Translations under genes and position numbers: made by a program
The notes under the pieces: generated by a model
The model's database searches: none
What the model saw: the letters and a program-made list of their open reading frames with translations, nothing else
Told to the model about the DNA's origin: nothing
In this document: positions 37,372 to 47,887 of the stretch, in pieces
How the letters are laid out: every line of letters starts with the position of its first letter
Numbering within the stretch: position 1 is the first letter of the stretch
Source: Octopus sinensis
Lineage: Eukaryota
Assembly (NCBI RefSeq): GCF_006345805.1
Contig: NW_021833814.1
Location: forward strand, 1 to 53,957
DNA: 53,957 bases
Reading direction: 5' to 3'

Positions 37372-38117
37372 TTCTAAGAAGCATCAGTTGTGGTGTGCAA
37401 GAGAGACGTTTGCGCTGGTATGGTCATGTGGCGAGAATGGATGAAGATAGTACCACACCCTAGCGGTTGAGGGAACCTGTGGAAGAGGCAGACCCAGGAA
37501 AACCTGGGACGAGGTGGTGAAGCACGACCTTCGAACTTTAGGTCTCACTGAGGAAATGACTAGAGACCGAGACCTCTGGAAGTGTGCTGTGCGCGAGAAG
37601 ACCCGGCAGGACAAGTGAGTCCATAACCCATGGCCTTCTACATGGGATGGAGCCTGCTTACGTATGCATACCTTCCCTTCTTGGGACACAAAACTCTACT
37701 TGTGAAGACCTGTTGAGGCAAGTGTGGATCAGAATCGAAATCGATCAATGGAAATTGCAGATGTGTTACCAGTGCCGGTGGCATGTAAGAGAACCTTCCG
37801 TTTCACGACCGTTGCCAGCACCGCCCCGTTTCATGTCCGTTGCCAGCCTCGCCTGGCCCTCGTGCCGGTGGCACATAAAAAGCACCATCCGTTCGTGGCC
37901 GTTTGCCAGCTCTGTTGGTACCTGTGCGGGTGGCACGTAAAAAGCACCCACTACACTCACGGAGTGGTTGGCGTTAGGAAGGGCATCCAGCCGTAGAAAA
38001 CACTGCCAGATCTGACTGGGCCTGATGAAGCCTTCTGGCTTCACAGACCCCAGTAGAACCGTCCAACCCATGCTAGCATGGAAAACAGACGCTAAACGAT
38101 GATGATGATGATGATGA
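37372..38117 (+). mobile_element. 5'-truncated RTE-clade LINE with (GAT)n tail
   Basis: RRLRWYGHVARM..GRGRPRKTW..V..DL C-terminus typical of RTE, a long 3' UTR with a duplicated gtgccggtggca..taaaaagcacc block, and a GAT tail. Confidence 0.9.
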
Positions 38118-38164
38118 TATATATATATGTATACATATATATATATATACACATATATATATGT

Positions 38165-38206
<42 letters not shown>

Positions 38207-38368
38207 ACATATATATATGTATACATATATATATGTATACATATATATATATATATACATATATATATGCATGTATGTATACATATATATATGTATACAT
38301 ATATATATATATATACATATATATATGCATGTATGTATACATATATATATGTATACATATATATATGT

Positions 38369-38411
<43 letters not shown>

Positions 38412-38490
38412 TGTATGTATACATATATATATGTATACATATATATATATATATGTATACATATATATATATCATCATCATCATCATCAT
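38118..38490. repeat. Compound (TA)n/atatgtatacatat microsatellite ending in (CAT)n
   Basis: Seen directly. Confidence 0.95.
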
Positions 38491-39746
38491 CGATGTCATC
38501 TACCTTGATTTCAGTAAGGCCTTCGACAGGGTCGATCACAAGATCCTATTGAAAAAACTATCCAACATTGGTGTCTCTGGAAAGTTACTGAAATGGATCA
38601 AGTGTTTCCTGACAGACAGATCTCAACATGTTGTAGTTGAAGGGGTAAAATGAAGCCCAGCCAAAGTCAGTAGTGGCGTTCCGCAAGGCACTGTGCTGGG
38701 CCCACTTCTTTTCATCATTTACATTAATGACATTAATGACATCATCAAGCACAGCAACATAAAAATCTTTGCAGATGATTCCAAGCTACAGAAGGTCATA
38801 AATGAGGCGAGTGACCGGACATGCCTTCAGTCAGATCTACTGGCTGTTATCCAATGGGCAGAGAAAAACAATATGCTGCTGAACGAGGATAAATTTGAGT
38901 TAATCCACTTTGGAAAAGAGGATGCCCTGAAACTCCCATACTCCCTTCCTTCAGGTGAAACTCTCGCGGCGTCCAACAACATCAGAGACTTGGGAGTAAT
39001 TGTGGACAGCAACATAAGCTGGGCCACTCATATAAACACCAAAGTTGACATGGCCCGCAGAATGTGTTCCTGGATTCTCAGAACTTTCCAGTCGAGAGAT
39101 ATCCACACCATTATCCTTCTCTTCTCCACTTTTGCCCGACCCACCTTGAATACTGTTGTCCACTGTGGTCTCCCCACACAATACAAGGTATCATAAAAGT
39201 TGAAGCACCTCAAAGGGCAATCACAAAAAAGATAGATGGCATGACAGGCCTCGACTATTGGGGTCGACTAGAAAAGCTAAAACTCTATTCTCTCCAACGT
39301 CGTCGTGAGCGCTACATCATCTGCATGATGTGGAAAATATTCCATCAGCATTGCCCAAATGATGTTGGCATCACCTTTAAGGTACATCCAAGGCTTGGGC
39401 CCCGTGCCATCCGCCCAAAACAAAAATCGCACTCTCATCTCATAACAACAATACGGCACAATTATTTCACCTCAATTGGCCCCGCTCTCTTTAACATTAC
39501 ACCAAAACACATTAAAACAGAAACTGACCCTATAGGGTTCAAGAAGTCTTTGGACAGATTCTTCAAGAAATCCCGGATAAACCCCCTACACCCGGATATG
39601 TCTCTGTAAACAATAACTCTCTACTTGAGTGGGCCATCGTGCCCAAATTCTGACTTGAAAGACTTCACCAGGTGGTGCTATTAAGTTAGACATGGCCTGG
39701 GCCAATAATGGCCGAAACCTATCAAAGTATCAAAGTATCAAAGTAT
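38491..39746 (+). mobile_element. 5'-truncated CR1/L2-type LINE (family F) with (ATCAAAGT)3 tail
   Basis: [42 protein letters not shown]; 8-bp tail repeats at 39721-39746. Confidence 0.92.
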
Positions 39747-39760
39747 ATGTATACATATAT

Positions 39761-39815
<55 letters not shown>

Positions 39816-39844
39816 CTTTATTTTAAGCAGCAGAAAATTCAACA

Positions 39845-39890
39845 AAATCTGTTACTCTGAGTTTCTCGTTGCCGTTCATCAGACAGTTTT
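39845..39890 (-). ncRNA. Minimal type I hammerhead ribozyme motif (PLE-associated)
   Basis: Minus strand ctgt-CTGATGA-a-cg-gcaa-cg-a-GAAA-ctcagag-TA-acag. Stem I is ctgt/acag, extendable with aaaa/tttt; stem III is near-palindromic ACUC-A-GAGU; the triplet is GUA. There is an A.A mismatch at the base of stem II. Confidence 0.7.
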
Positions 39891-40019
39891 TGCTAGAATG
39901 GAACTGATATATCAATTCAATCTATACTCTTACAAACGCTACACCTTTAAAAAGAAATGGACTTGTTTGATTGGCCCTTTAGAAAAAACGGTCAATATTC
40001 GAGCGATAAACAAAAAGGT

Positions 40020-40074
<55 letters not shown>

Positions 40075-41165
40075 AAAAACTTATAAAAATTATAAAATCC
40101 GAGGAAAAAACCTATTGACGTTAATGAAGACAATGCAAATTAATGCATAGAAATTAAACCTGTTATAAATACTGCAATACATATTTATATTAAAATCTAC
40201 ATATATATATCAACATACACAAAAGGATGCGCGTAAACGCCATACATACATATACAGACGTATGAATATAAATCTAAATATACACATAAAAGCATGTGTA
40301 CATATATTCACGCAAACCGTCTCGCACGCAAGCTAAAATTCATCTATGTAGCAATTCTCATATACTGAGCAAGGAGGGGGGGACGAAAGAAAGGGAGAGA
40401 GAGAAAAAGGAACGAAGGAGGGGTGGGGAAAACGAAATAAGAAAAAATTATGTATACAAGCAGTGTAACGGTATTATTGCATATATAGAGACCAGTATAC
40501 ATACACAAGTTTGAATGGATACATATACACACAGTCGTGTATATGTGTGCTTAAGCACAAACATACTTTCACTTACACATACACAGATACGCATGCTTAC
40601 AAATACATATGCTTTGCTATACACATACTTATATAAACATTCTAATTTGACAACATTGCTTTTTTTAAAAAAACATTGCTTTTAAAAATGGGTGCATTAA
40701 TAAAAATATATACGAAAGACATATAAAATAAAATATAACATCCTATTTTGGGTCATTTATAAATAATCAAGGTAATATAAATAATCAAGGTAATCCTATG
40801 CAATACAATAACATGAAAACAAGTTTGTAGGTTTTTCCTAATATATATGGAGAAACATAAGACTTTGCTATACGGATTAAGATCCGCATAGCTTGGAAAC
40901 AAAAACAAAATCCATCGTAGCGCTCATCGTTCAAGAGTCAAAATCAAAATCAAAAATACAAAATATATACCATATCCATATGGTATATTTATATTCGACA
41001 TTTTAAATTTAGCCGCGTGCCTACATAAGTTCATTAGCTCACTTCTTTGATTCAAAGAATTATTGTCTTTGAATAAGATGTACATTTTTTCTAATAGACA
41101 AAGCTTGCACTTGAAATTATTTTGTATGCTCCATGCCTGTATGGTGCCGCCCTGTCCAGAATGCT

Positions 41166-42662
41166 TCATGTCACGTTGAAAGGTGGGGCTTCCTTTTCTT
41201 TTAGTTCCCAGACATATTTTGCTAGGCTGGTTTTCTTCCTATTCTCTGGGTATTTAAATGAATTTTTATGAGAATAAAATCTTGTTTTAAATGAATTTTC
41301 TGAAGCCCCTGTGTATGTCTTGTATTCCGATGAGCCTTCCACTTGCACCTTGGCTCTATAAACTACTCCTTTCACTAGACATTTCCCTTCTAACGGACAG
41401 GAGCTTTCGTTTTTGAAATTACATTTCTTAATGGGCTCGGCACCATGTCTAATCTCAATTAGCTTCCTATTATGTTGGCTAATGTAAGAGGCGAAATTTC
41501 TGCAACAAGAATAGCTAACCTTCAGGGTTCTTCTATTAAATATTCTATAGAATTTATGACCCTGCTTAAAATGCTTAGAGACTAATCTCAAAAATTCCTT
41601 ACCTATATTAGTCTTTACGGCCAAATTGAAAGCCGGGTTGAACCACAAAACTTTCCTGGTCCTAGTTCTTCGTGCAGCATTATTATCAGCATTAAGCTGG
41701 TTGAACTGGATCTTCTCAGAGAATCCACTATTCTTTAATGAGCTATCGTAATAAGGTGCAGCATTATGGAATGCTGCCTCGTCCGAAGAAATTGAAGATA
41801 TTCTTCTACCTACATTGCTGACTAAGTTCCTAAGGATAACTGGTGGATGGTTCGAATCTTTGCTAATATACGATAGCTTTTCATTGGGCTTACGGAAAGG
41901 TTTAAATCTATCCGATCTTACACTAAAATTTACGTCTAAAAAATCTACACTATTCAGGTTAGCATCTATCGTAACCCGTAAGCCCATCCTTTGAAAGAAA
42001 GCTATAAGGTCCTTCCTAAGTCTATCTGATTCATGGCCGTTTAGATTATGCGTGGCTATAAGGCCGTCATCCCTATATAAACCTGCATCTATAAATGGGA
42101 ATTCTATTTTTAGATTATGGAGAATAAAGGCTCCTATGAGCATACATAATTCAGCCCCGTCGTATGCCCCCATCGGTACATCGAAAAGAGAATCCTCAGT
42201 CTTCTTAATCCAGGTGGAATCCTCGAAAAAAAGAAGCGATTTCCTCGCATGCATAATAATTTCAATTTCCGAGCTATCGATGTTGACATACTGCTTGGCG
42301 AAGTCCAATGCCCTTAGGAGCAACGTCCTAGATATTGACGGGTAAAAGTCAATAATGTCGAATTGTGTGAAACTACAATTATTCTTATAGCTAATACCTT
42401 TAAACCACTCTATGACTGACTTACTATTCTTCCAAATTCTCAAGTGTACTTCACTATCTAACTTAACTAAAATACGGTCCAAAATATTTTTGCTAATAAT
42501 TCCTATCAGAGTTTTAGCCGGATTTATCAATCTACATTTGGGGTTTCTACTAAAATTGGCTTTATGGTCTTTCAGAGTAATAAAAGCTGGTCGTGGTGAA
42601 AGATATTCAATCCTATCGCTAATCTTAAGATCGTTAGCTATTCCTCTTGCTTCTAAGTTCAC
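41166..42662 (-). CDS. Penelope-like reverse transcriptase + most of the GIY-YIG endonuclease (498 aa open)
   Basis: FITLKDHK, RLINP, FDIIDFYPSI, VPMGAYDGA, LYRDDG, VDFLDV, then C-x7-CPL..KCL..GVVY, YTG..E..FKTRF..H. Confidence 0.92.
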   Translation of the reverse strand: MNLEARGIANDLKISDRIEYLSPRPAFITLKDHKANFSRNPKCRLINPAKTLIGIISKNILDRILVKLDSEVHLRIWKNSKSVIEWFKGISYKNNCSFTQFDIIDFYPSISRTLLLRALDFAKQYVNIDSSEIEIIMHARKSLLFFEDSTWIKKTEDSLFDVPMGAYDGAELCMLIGAFILHNLKIEFPFIDAGLYRDDGLIATHNLNGHESDRLRKDLIAFFQRMGLRVTIDANLNSVDFLDVNFSVRSDRFKPFRKPNEKLSYISKDSNHPPVILRNLVSNVGRRISSISSDEAAFHNAAPYYDSSLKNSGFSEKIQFNQLNADNNAARRTRTRKVLWFNPAFNLAVKTNIGKEFLRLVSKHFKQGHKFYRIFNRRTLKVSYSCCRNFASYISQHNRKLIEIRHGAEPIKKCNFKNESSCPLEGKCLVKGVVYRAKVQVEGSSEYKTYTGASENSFKTRFYSHKNSFKYPENRKKTSLAKYVWELKEKEAPPFNVT

Positions 42663-42900
42663 CTCTTTGTATATATTCGTGTTGTCTTTTTTGTATGTGT
42701 CCGTGACACTATTCGAAATTAGGCGCTTATAAACGTCCTTATCAAGTGCATATAAGTTCCTTGTCTTGTCAGAATTAACGAAGATCTTATTCGAGTCGTT
42801 AATCTCCTTAATTTTTCTCTCATATTTTTCTGCAATTGGTTGGTATATTTGCGGAATTTAATTTTCCTAATAAGCTCGAAAAGGTCTTTCTCGAAGGCTT

Positions 42901-43113
42901 CTAATTCCGAATCGGTGGCGGGTTTCTGGGAGATTTAAATCCATATTTGTTTCCTTCTATTTTCTGCTTATTATCAAAGAAGAAGGCTTTCCATCTCAAT
43001 CTTCGAATAAACTCTTCCGTTTTCTCTATAAGACCTTTGAGATATTGTTTCCGTGCAGGGATAGGTATATTTTTCTGAGAAAAATCCAGCGGGTAAAGTT
43101 CCATCTTTTTCAT
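42901..43113 (-). CDS. N-terminus of the PLE ORF (frameshifted from the main ORF)
   Basis: FSQKNIPIP..YLKGLIEK.EEFIRRLRWKAFFF; a recalled PLE N-terminal pattern. Confidence 0.7.
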   Translation of the reverse strand: MKKMELYPLDFSQKNIPIPARKQYLKGLIEKTEEFIRRLRWKAFFFDNKQKIEGNKYGFKSPRNPPPIRN

Positions 43114-43218
43114 CTGTTTGTTCTTCCTACATGTGCAGAGTCGCTCAAACTTTTATAAGGAGCGGGTTACACCGGAGTAAACACATAAATGTGAAACAAG
43201 GTGGAAAAAAAGAGTACT

Positions 43219-43257
<39 letters not shown>

Positions 43258-44569
43258 CGTTGAATAAAAACACTTTTAAATATTTTTTGCTGTTTTTATT
43301 TTCTCTAATAAATCTGAAATCAGTTATTTCGTCTATGATACGAATACGAAATTAACATGACGTTGAAATCGGAATCAAGAGTTTAAACCTTAAACTCCAT
43401 GTTTAAGTTAAAGATAATGGAAAGACAATGGACTCGATCGATTGTTTTAAAGCAATTTGTGTTAAATATTTGGTTTCTGGAAAAAAATTTCATTGAAAGT
43501 TACTTTCTACACTCGATATACGAAGGTAAATGAATTACATTTTGAGATTTTTCGTTTGACTTTGGGAAAAATCACCCCTAGTGATGCTTCGTAACTTGCA
43601 TAACTATAGAAAAACATTGATAGAGTGAGTATATATATATATATATATATATATACAAAGAGAGAGAGAGAGAGAAGCAGATTCTAACAGATAAATAATT
43701 TGACAGCAATAGATGAAGTCAGAAGAAGAATAGACATACCAGCTAGCAAATACGGAACTATAGCGGCTGAAAATTAGTCTCTGACTTTTCGCAAAGCATT
43801 GTGGGATTGTCGTTTCAATTTTAATAGCGGCAAGTTTGTAAAAAATATGTGAATTCAACTTCTGGGCTTTAATTTCTCTTCAACTTGGAAATATTTGTCT
43901 TGTTTTTTCACTGAAAATTGTTTGTAAGTTAGTGCTTTTATGAATACATATTGCTTTAAATAGATTTCGATGAATAACATTTGAGAGAAATGAATATCGA
44001 CTGCCGTCAAAAATATCCCAAAGTTAGTTTTGTTTTTATTGATAACACACAGAAAAAGATTTGTCCTGCATCTAAAGAAGTCAACAGAAGAATTTCCAGT
44101 CATAAATTCTCGAAGTTGCTGTTTATCCTCCACCGAAAAAGTAAGAATTTATTAATATTATTGTCAAACCATTTATATTCTTAAGTTTTGTGTCAATTAT
44201 GATGTATAGGGATAAATATATTGATTCTTAAACAAGAGACTTCTTTCTACCACCTTCACACACACACACACCTTTAAAAATAAGTCTATTACTTCAAATG
44301 TTAATGGTTTCTGTTAAGGCTCAGCAATTTTTAAACGAGTTCATGACTAGAATTTGGTTTGTCAACTGTTAAAATAACTTTCAGTTCTTTAGACGTTCAC
44401 ATGATTAACAAGGCTAACGTGGGGTGGCTAGAAATAGCAGTCAAATTACTCTCAGATCCATACAAGATCATGCAATTGTTCAGTCTAGGAGCCCAATAAC
44501 AAATCAACTTAGTTGTTTATGAAAGGAATCGATATTTAGAGAGTGAAAACGTGTTTTTCTCTCTTTTTT

Positions 44570-44648
44570 GCTGGAGCACCGACTTTGGTCGAGCAAATCG
44601 ACCCCAGGACTTATTCTTTGTAAGCCTAGTACTTATTCTATCGGTCTC
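44570..44648 (-). mobile_element. SINE family 2, 3' part
   Basis: The reverse complement matches 45365-45440 (gaataagtactaggcttaca..gaataagtcctggg.tcgatttg..cgac). Confidence 0.85.
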
Positions 44649-44910
44649 AACACACGTGGACATGCCTACAAAGTCAGAAAACAGCACAGCTCCCATGACT
44701 TTCGGAAACATTTTTTCACGCTCAGGGTTGCTGAAGCGTGGAATAAACTGCCTGCATCAGTTGTTGACTGCCATGACACTGCATCCTTTAAGGCCCTCAT
44801 GCTTCCCGAAATCCGTCGAAACTACACCTGATTATATATACACTTAGATGAGTTGTAGTGCACCTGAGCACTGTACACAATTATTATTATTATTATTATT
44901 ATTATTATTT
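44649..44910 (+). mobile_element. CR1/L2-type family E 3' end (~230 bp + TTA tail) inserted in a SINE
   Basis: Near-identical to the reverse complement of 31541-31775. Confidence 0.92.
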
Positions 44911-44917
44911 AAACACA

Positions 44918-44970
<53 letters not shown>

Positions 44971-45140
44971 ATATATATATATATTATATATATATATATA
45001 AACGACGGGCTTCTTCAGTTTCCGTCTACCAAATCCACTCACAAGACTATAGTAGAAGATACTTGCCCAAGGTGCCATGCAGTGGGATAGAACCCGGAAC
45101 CATGTGGTTCGTAAGCAAGCTACTTACCACACAGCCACTC
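44911..45140 (-). mobile_element. SINE family 2, tRNA-like head and internal (TA)/(TG) microsatellite
   Basis: Minus strand gagtggctgtgtggtaag (A-box-like) and ggttccgggttc (B-box-like), then ggcaccttgggcaagt..ggtagacggaaactgaagaagcccgtcg. Confidence 0.85.
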
Positions 45141-45264
45141 ATATATATACACATACACACGACTGGTTTTATTCATTATCCAGGAGGGTGGACTGCTAAA
45201 AAATGCAGTCAAATCTGGATATGCTAGAAACAGCAGTCAAATCTCTTATATGGAAATCTTCATG

Positions 45265-45465
45265 TGTGAGTGTGAGTGTGTGCTAGTCACCCACCCCCAC
45301 ATTCGCTTGGAAACCGATGTCGGTGTGTTTATGTCGACGAAGCTGAGCGCCTTGGCAAAAAGTGACCGATGGAATAAGTACTAGGCTTACAAGGAATAAG
45401 TCCTGGGATCGATTTGTTTCGACTAAAGGCGGTGCTCCAGCATAGCCGCAGTCAACATGTGGGAA
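45265..45465 (+). mobile_element. SINE family 2, 3' half
   Basis: Matches 44570-44648 and 27481-27533 in reverse complement. Confidence 0.8.
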
Positions 45466-46259
45466 AAAAGTCAAAACTGAAGAAGTTGGGGGGAAAGGCG
45501 GGGACAAAGTTTCACAATTCCGATTTTTGGCAATTTTCCGAAAACGGGGATTTTTGGCAGACACAAAAAAGGAATTACAAATTAATTTACACCGAGGAAA
45601 TACGGAACTATGGCGGCTGAAAATTGGTGTCTGACTTTTCGCAAAGCATTGTGGGATTGTCGTCTGTATGATTTCAATGGCGCGAGATTCAGTTTTTTAT
45701 TGAAATTTTTATTGAATATTGGTCCTGCATAGTGAAAGAAGTAAGAAAGAAATTATTATTAGACTGGAGAATGATACTCCACATCCCCATTAAGGACTTT
45801 TTCGTTTTCAATGTACTCGAGTGTTGTTGTTTCTGTTATTGTTGTGATGTGTGGTTGCATGTTCGAAATGTAATTAGATAAGTTGTCAACAGACATTCTA
45901 ACTGATTTGTCAGTCGAGAAGCATACAATCTCTCTATTTTTTAATTTGTTATGGCCTTCTTAGTTTTGGTGTCAAGATCACGGGTCTTATTTTTTGTTCG
46001 TTTTTGTTTATGCCTTTGGGTGTAATTAGAGAAAGCTGACAGGAGTTTGGATTTAGTAAGGGTAAACTTTGCTGCACTGGAACGAAAACAATTGCAGCAT
46101 GGAAGGTGTTTATAAGCCATTTAAGAAACACACAAAAACCGTTAGATTCACTTTAATATTTAAATTTAATTTGTCAAAATATTTTCGTTGTTTTGAGACT
46201 GCGACTTCTTCACTGACAAAATTCCATGCTGCATCTGAGAAAGTAACAGTTAGTTCATG

Positions 46260-46477
46260 ATATATATGTACGTACGTACGTATGTATGTATATGTGTACA
46301 TGTATGTGCGCATGCCTATACGCATGTATGTATGTACTTATGAGTATTTAGGAGAAATAGACGTGTCTCTGTGTGTATATGTGTATGTACTTGCGAACGT
46401 ATGTTTATGTAATATGTGTCAGTTCAATTTGTATACTTGACTGTTACCTTGCCACTCGCTATGCAAGTACATCTCTT

Positions 46478-46512
<35 letters not shown>

Positions 46513-46513
46513 T

Positions 46514-46549
<36 letters not shown>

Positions 46550-46555
46550 ATATAT
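46260..46555. repeat. (TATG)n, (CT)n and (TA)n microsatellites
   Basis: Seen directly. Confidence 0.85.
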
Positions 46556-46988
46556 ATAAAAGGAAATGAAGAAAATGCTGACAAATAATTGAAGTAATTT
46601 AAGTAATTTAATTAGGTGAAAGTTCTTTTTACCGGTTGCGCATTTGTTATGCTTATCAAAATATAAAAGAGAGATTAGAGTTCCTTTCTTATAGAATTTT
46701 TCCTCTTATCTGACTTTATGTTGGGTTTGCTGTCTCTTATATGTGAAAAAAAGAGGCTCCAGAGTTGTTTTGGATTTGCTTGGTTTCGCGCCTAAAATTT
46801 TGATTGGTCATTATGAAGGGGTCACGTGAATGTTTGAATGGAAGTTGGTGTTGGGGTAAGAAAAAAGGCTCCAGAGAAGTTAAAATTTGGCTAGTGTCCC
46901 GCCTAAAATTTCTTATTGGCCATAATAAAGAGGTCACGTGAATGTTTAGAATTTTCGAAAATAGTGTTGTTGAAAATTCTTATTGTTC
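46553..46988 (-). repeat. Left arm of ~436-bp inverted repeat (3' pseudo-LTR-like terminus)
   Basis: Reverse complement of 48235-48670; the only differences I saw are single-base homopolymer lengths. Confidence 0.97.
46622..46672 (-). ncRNA. Variant hammerhead-like motif (U3-A8, C13), copy 1
   Basis: Same sequence as 48551-48600. Confidence 0.5.
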
Positions 46989-47427
46989 AGGCTGGTCAGT
47001 AGACGTCATGTGGATATTTTAAATAGCTTTTTAGCGCGTAGTTAGGGAGTGTATTTTCCGCTTGACTGGATAAGTAAGTTCGTTTAGAACAGGGAGAGCT
47101 GTATGCATGTATGTGTGTGCGCGCGCGCGCGCGTGTGTGTGTTATATGTATGTTGGGGCGCGCGCGCGTGTATATATGTGTGCGTGTGTGGGTACAATTT
47201 TCAATATTTATAGTTCTGCTGGCCTTGTGCCTGTATCGGGAAGCAACGTATTTGTGTGAAGTCAATATTTACAGCCATTTCCAAAAAATAGTGTTGGATG
47301 TTTTGCACCCGTATTCAATTATGTGTATGTGTGGAACCATATATTTGTGTGTGTCATGGTGTTAATATCTGGGTAAAGGTGTGTGTAGGGTGTGTGCAGG
47401 TGTAAGTGTGTTTGTTGTGGGTTCGTG

Positions 47428-47802
47428 TTAGGGGCATGTGTTTAGAAGTGGTCTGTATTTATTAATAAGGTGGGATTCCATGGTTATTCGCTGGGTATGA
47501 GTGGCATTGTCTTTAAATTTGTAGAGGGGAAAGATTCTAAAATTGGGATGGAGTTGTGCGGCACAGGTATCAATATGTGCACTAAATGCTATTTTTCTAT
47601 ATTCCTGTATTTTTATTTGGGATCTGTGGACAGTCATGCGTTGGCGGAGGCTATTTTTTGTTTGGCCTATGTAGTGTTCATTACAGCCCGAGCAAGTTAA
47701 GACATATACTAGGTTTTCTGATGCGCATGTGAAGTTGTGTTTTACTGTGAAACGTTGTCCTTGTTTAAAAAGGAATCCGGACCTTCTATTAGGTTGATGC
47801 AT
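47428..47802 (-). CDS. GIY-YIG endonuclease domain of the Neptune-like PLE
   Basis: LVYVLTC..C...YIGQT...LRQR...H; ends ES.LINKYRP.LN. Confidence 0.9.
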   Translation of the reverse strand: MHQPNRRSGFLFKQGQRFTVKHNFTCASENLVYVLTCSGCNEHYIGQTKNSLRQRMTVHRSQIKIQEYRKIAFSAHIDTCAAQLHPNFRIFPLYKFKDNATHTQRITMESHLINKYRPLLNTCP

Positions 47803-47887
47803 ATACCACAGTTGGGTCTATTGCATTTGTTTACTGTGGGTTTAGTTGTTGTGGTTGGCAGTACTTTGGCATTTGTTAGGATGGTTT

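Larger units (their letters stand above)
28073..37376. repeat. 87-bp satellite array (~57 monomers) interrupted by three LINE insertions
   Basis: Consensus ttgctagaaatagcagtcaaatcttcctcagatcacacttttctattctaatggaccaatgtcagatcctctaaatagttgcttgac. The period was checked at 28159/28246/28333. Confidence 0.97.
39815..43222 (-). mobile_element. Near full-length Penelope-like element (RT + C-terminal GIY-YIG), bounded by (TA)n
   Basis: ORF pieces 42901-43113, 41166-42662 and ~40924-41165, with a hammerhead motif near the distal end. Whether all of 39815-40900 belongs to the element is inferred. Confidence 0.8.

Noticed and set aside
28073-37376. 87-bp (29-codon) repeat as a tandem C2H2 zinc-finger or other coding repeat
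   Set aside because: The consensus has stops in all six frames and no Cys/His pattern.
38022-38045. CTGATGA + hairpin in the RTE 3' UTR as a hammerhead
   Set aside because: The stem is followed by TCAC, not GAAA or a variant, and there are no stems I/III.
39695-39720. ggcc-aataat-ggcc-gaaac as a hammerhead half
   Set aside because: It lacks the CUGANGA strand; it is better explained as the LINE 3' recognition stem-loop.
41164-41170. In-frame TGA in the PLE endonuclease as selenocysteine
   Set aside because: It sits in NVT*SIL, where Trp (TGG) is the likely residue, and a frameshift follows soon after. I saw no SECIS, so a nonsense mutation is simpler.
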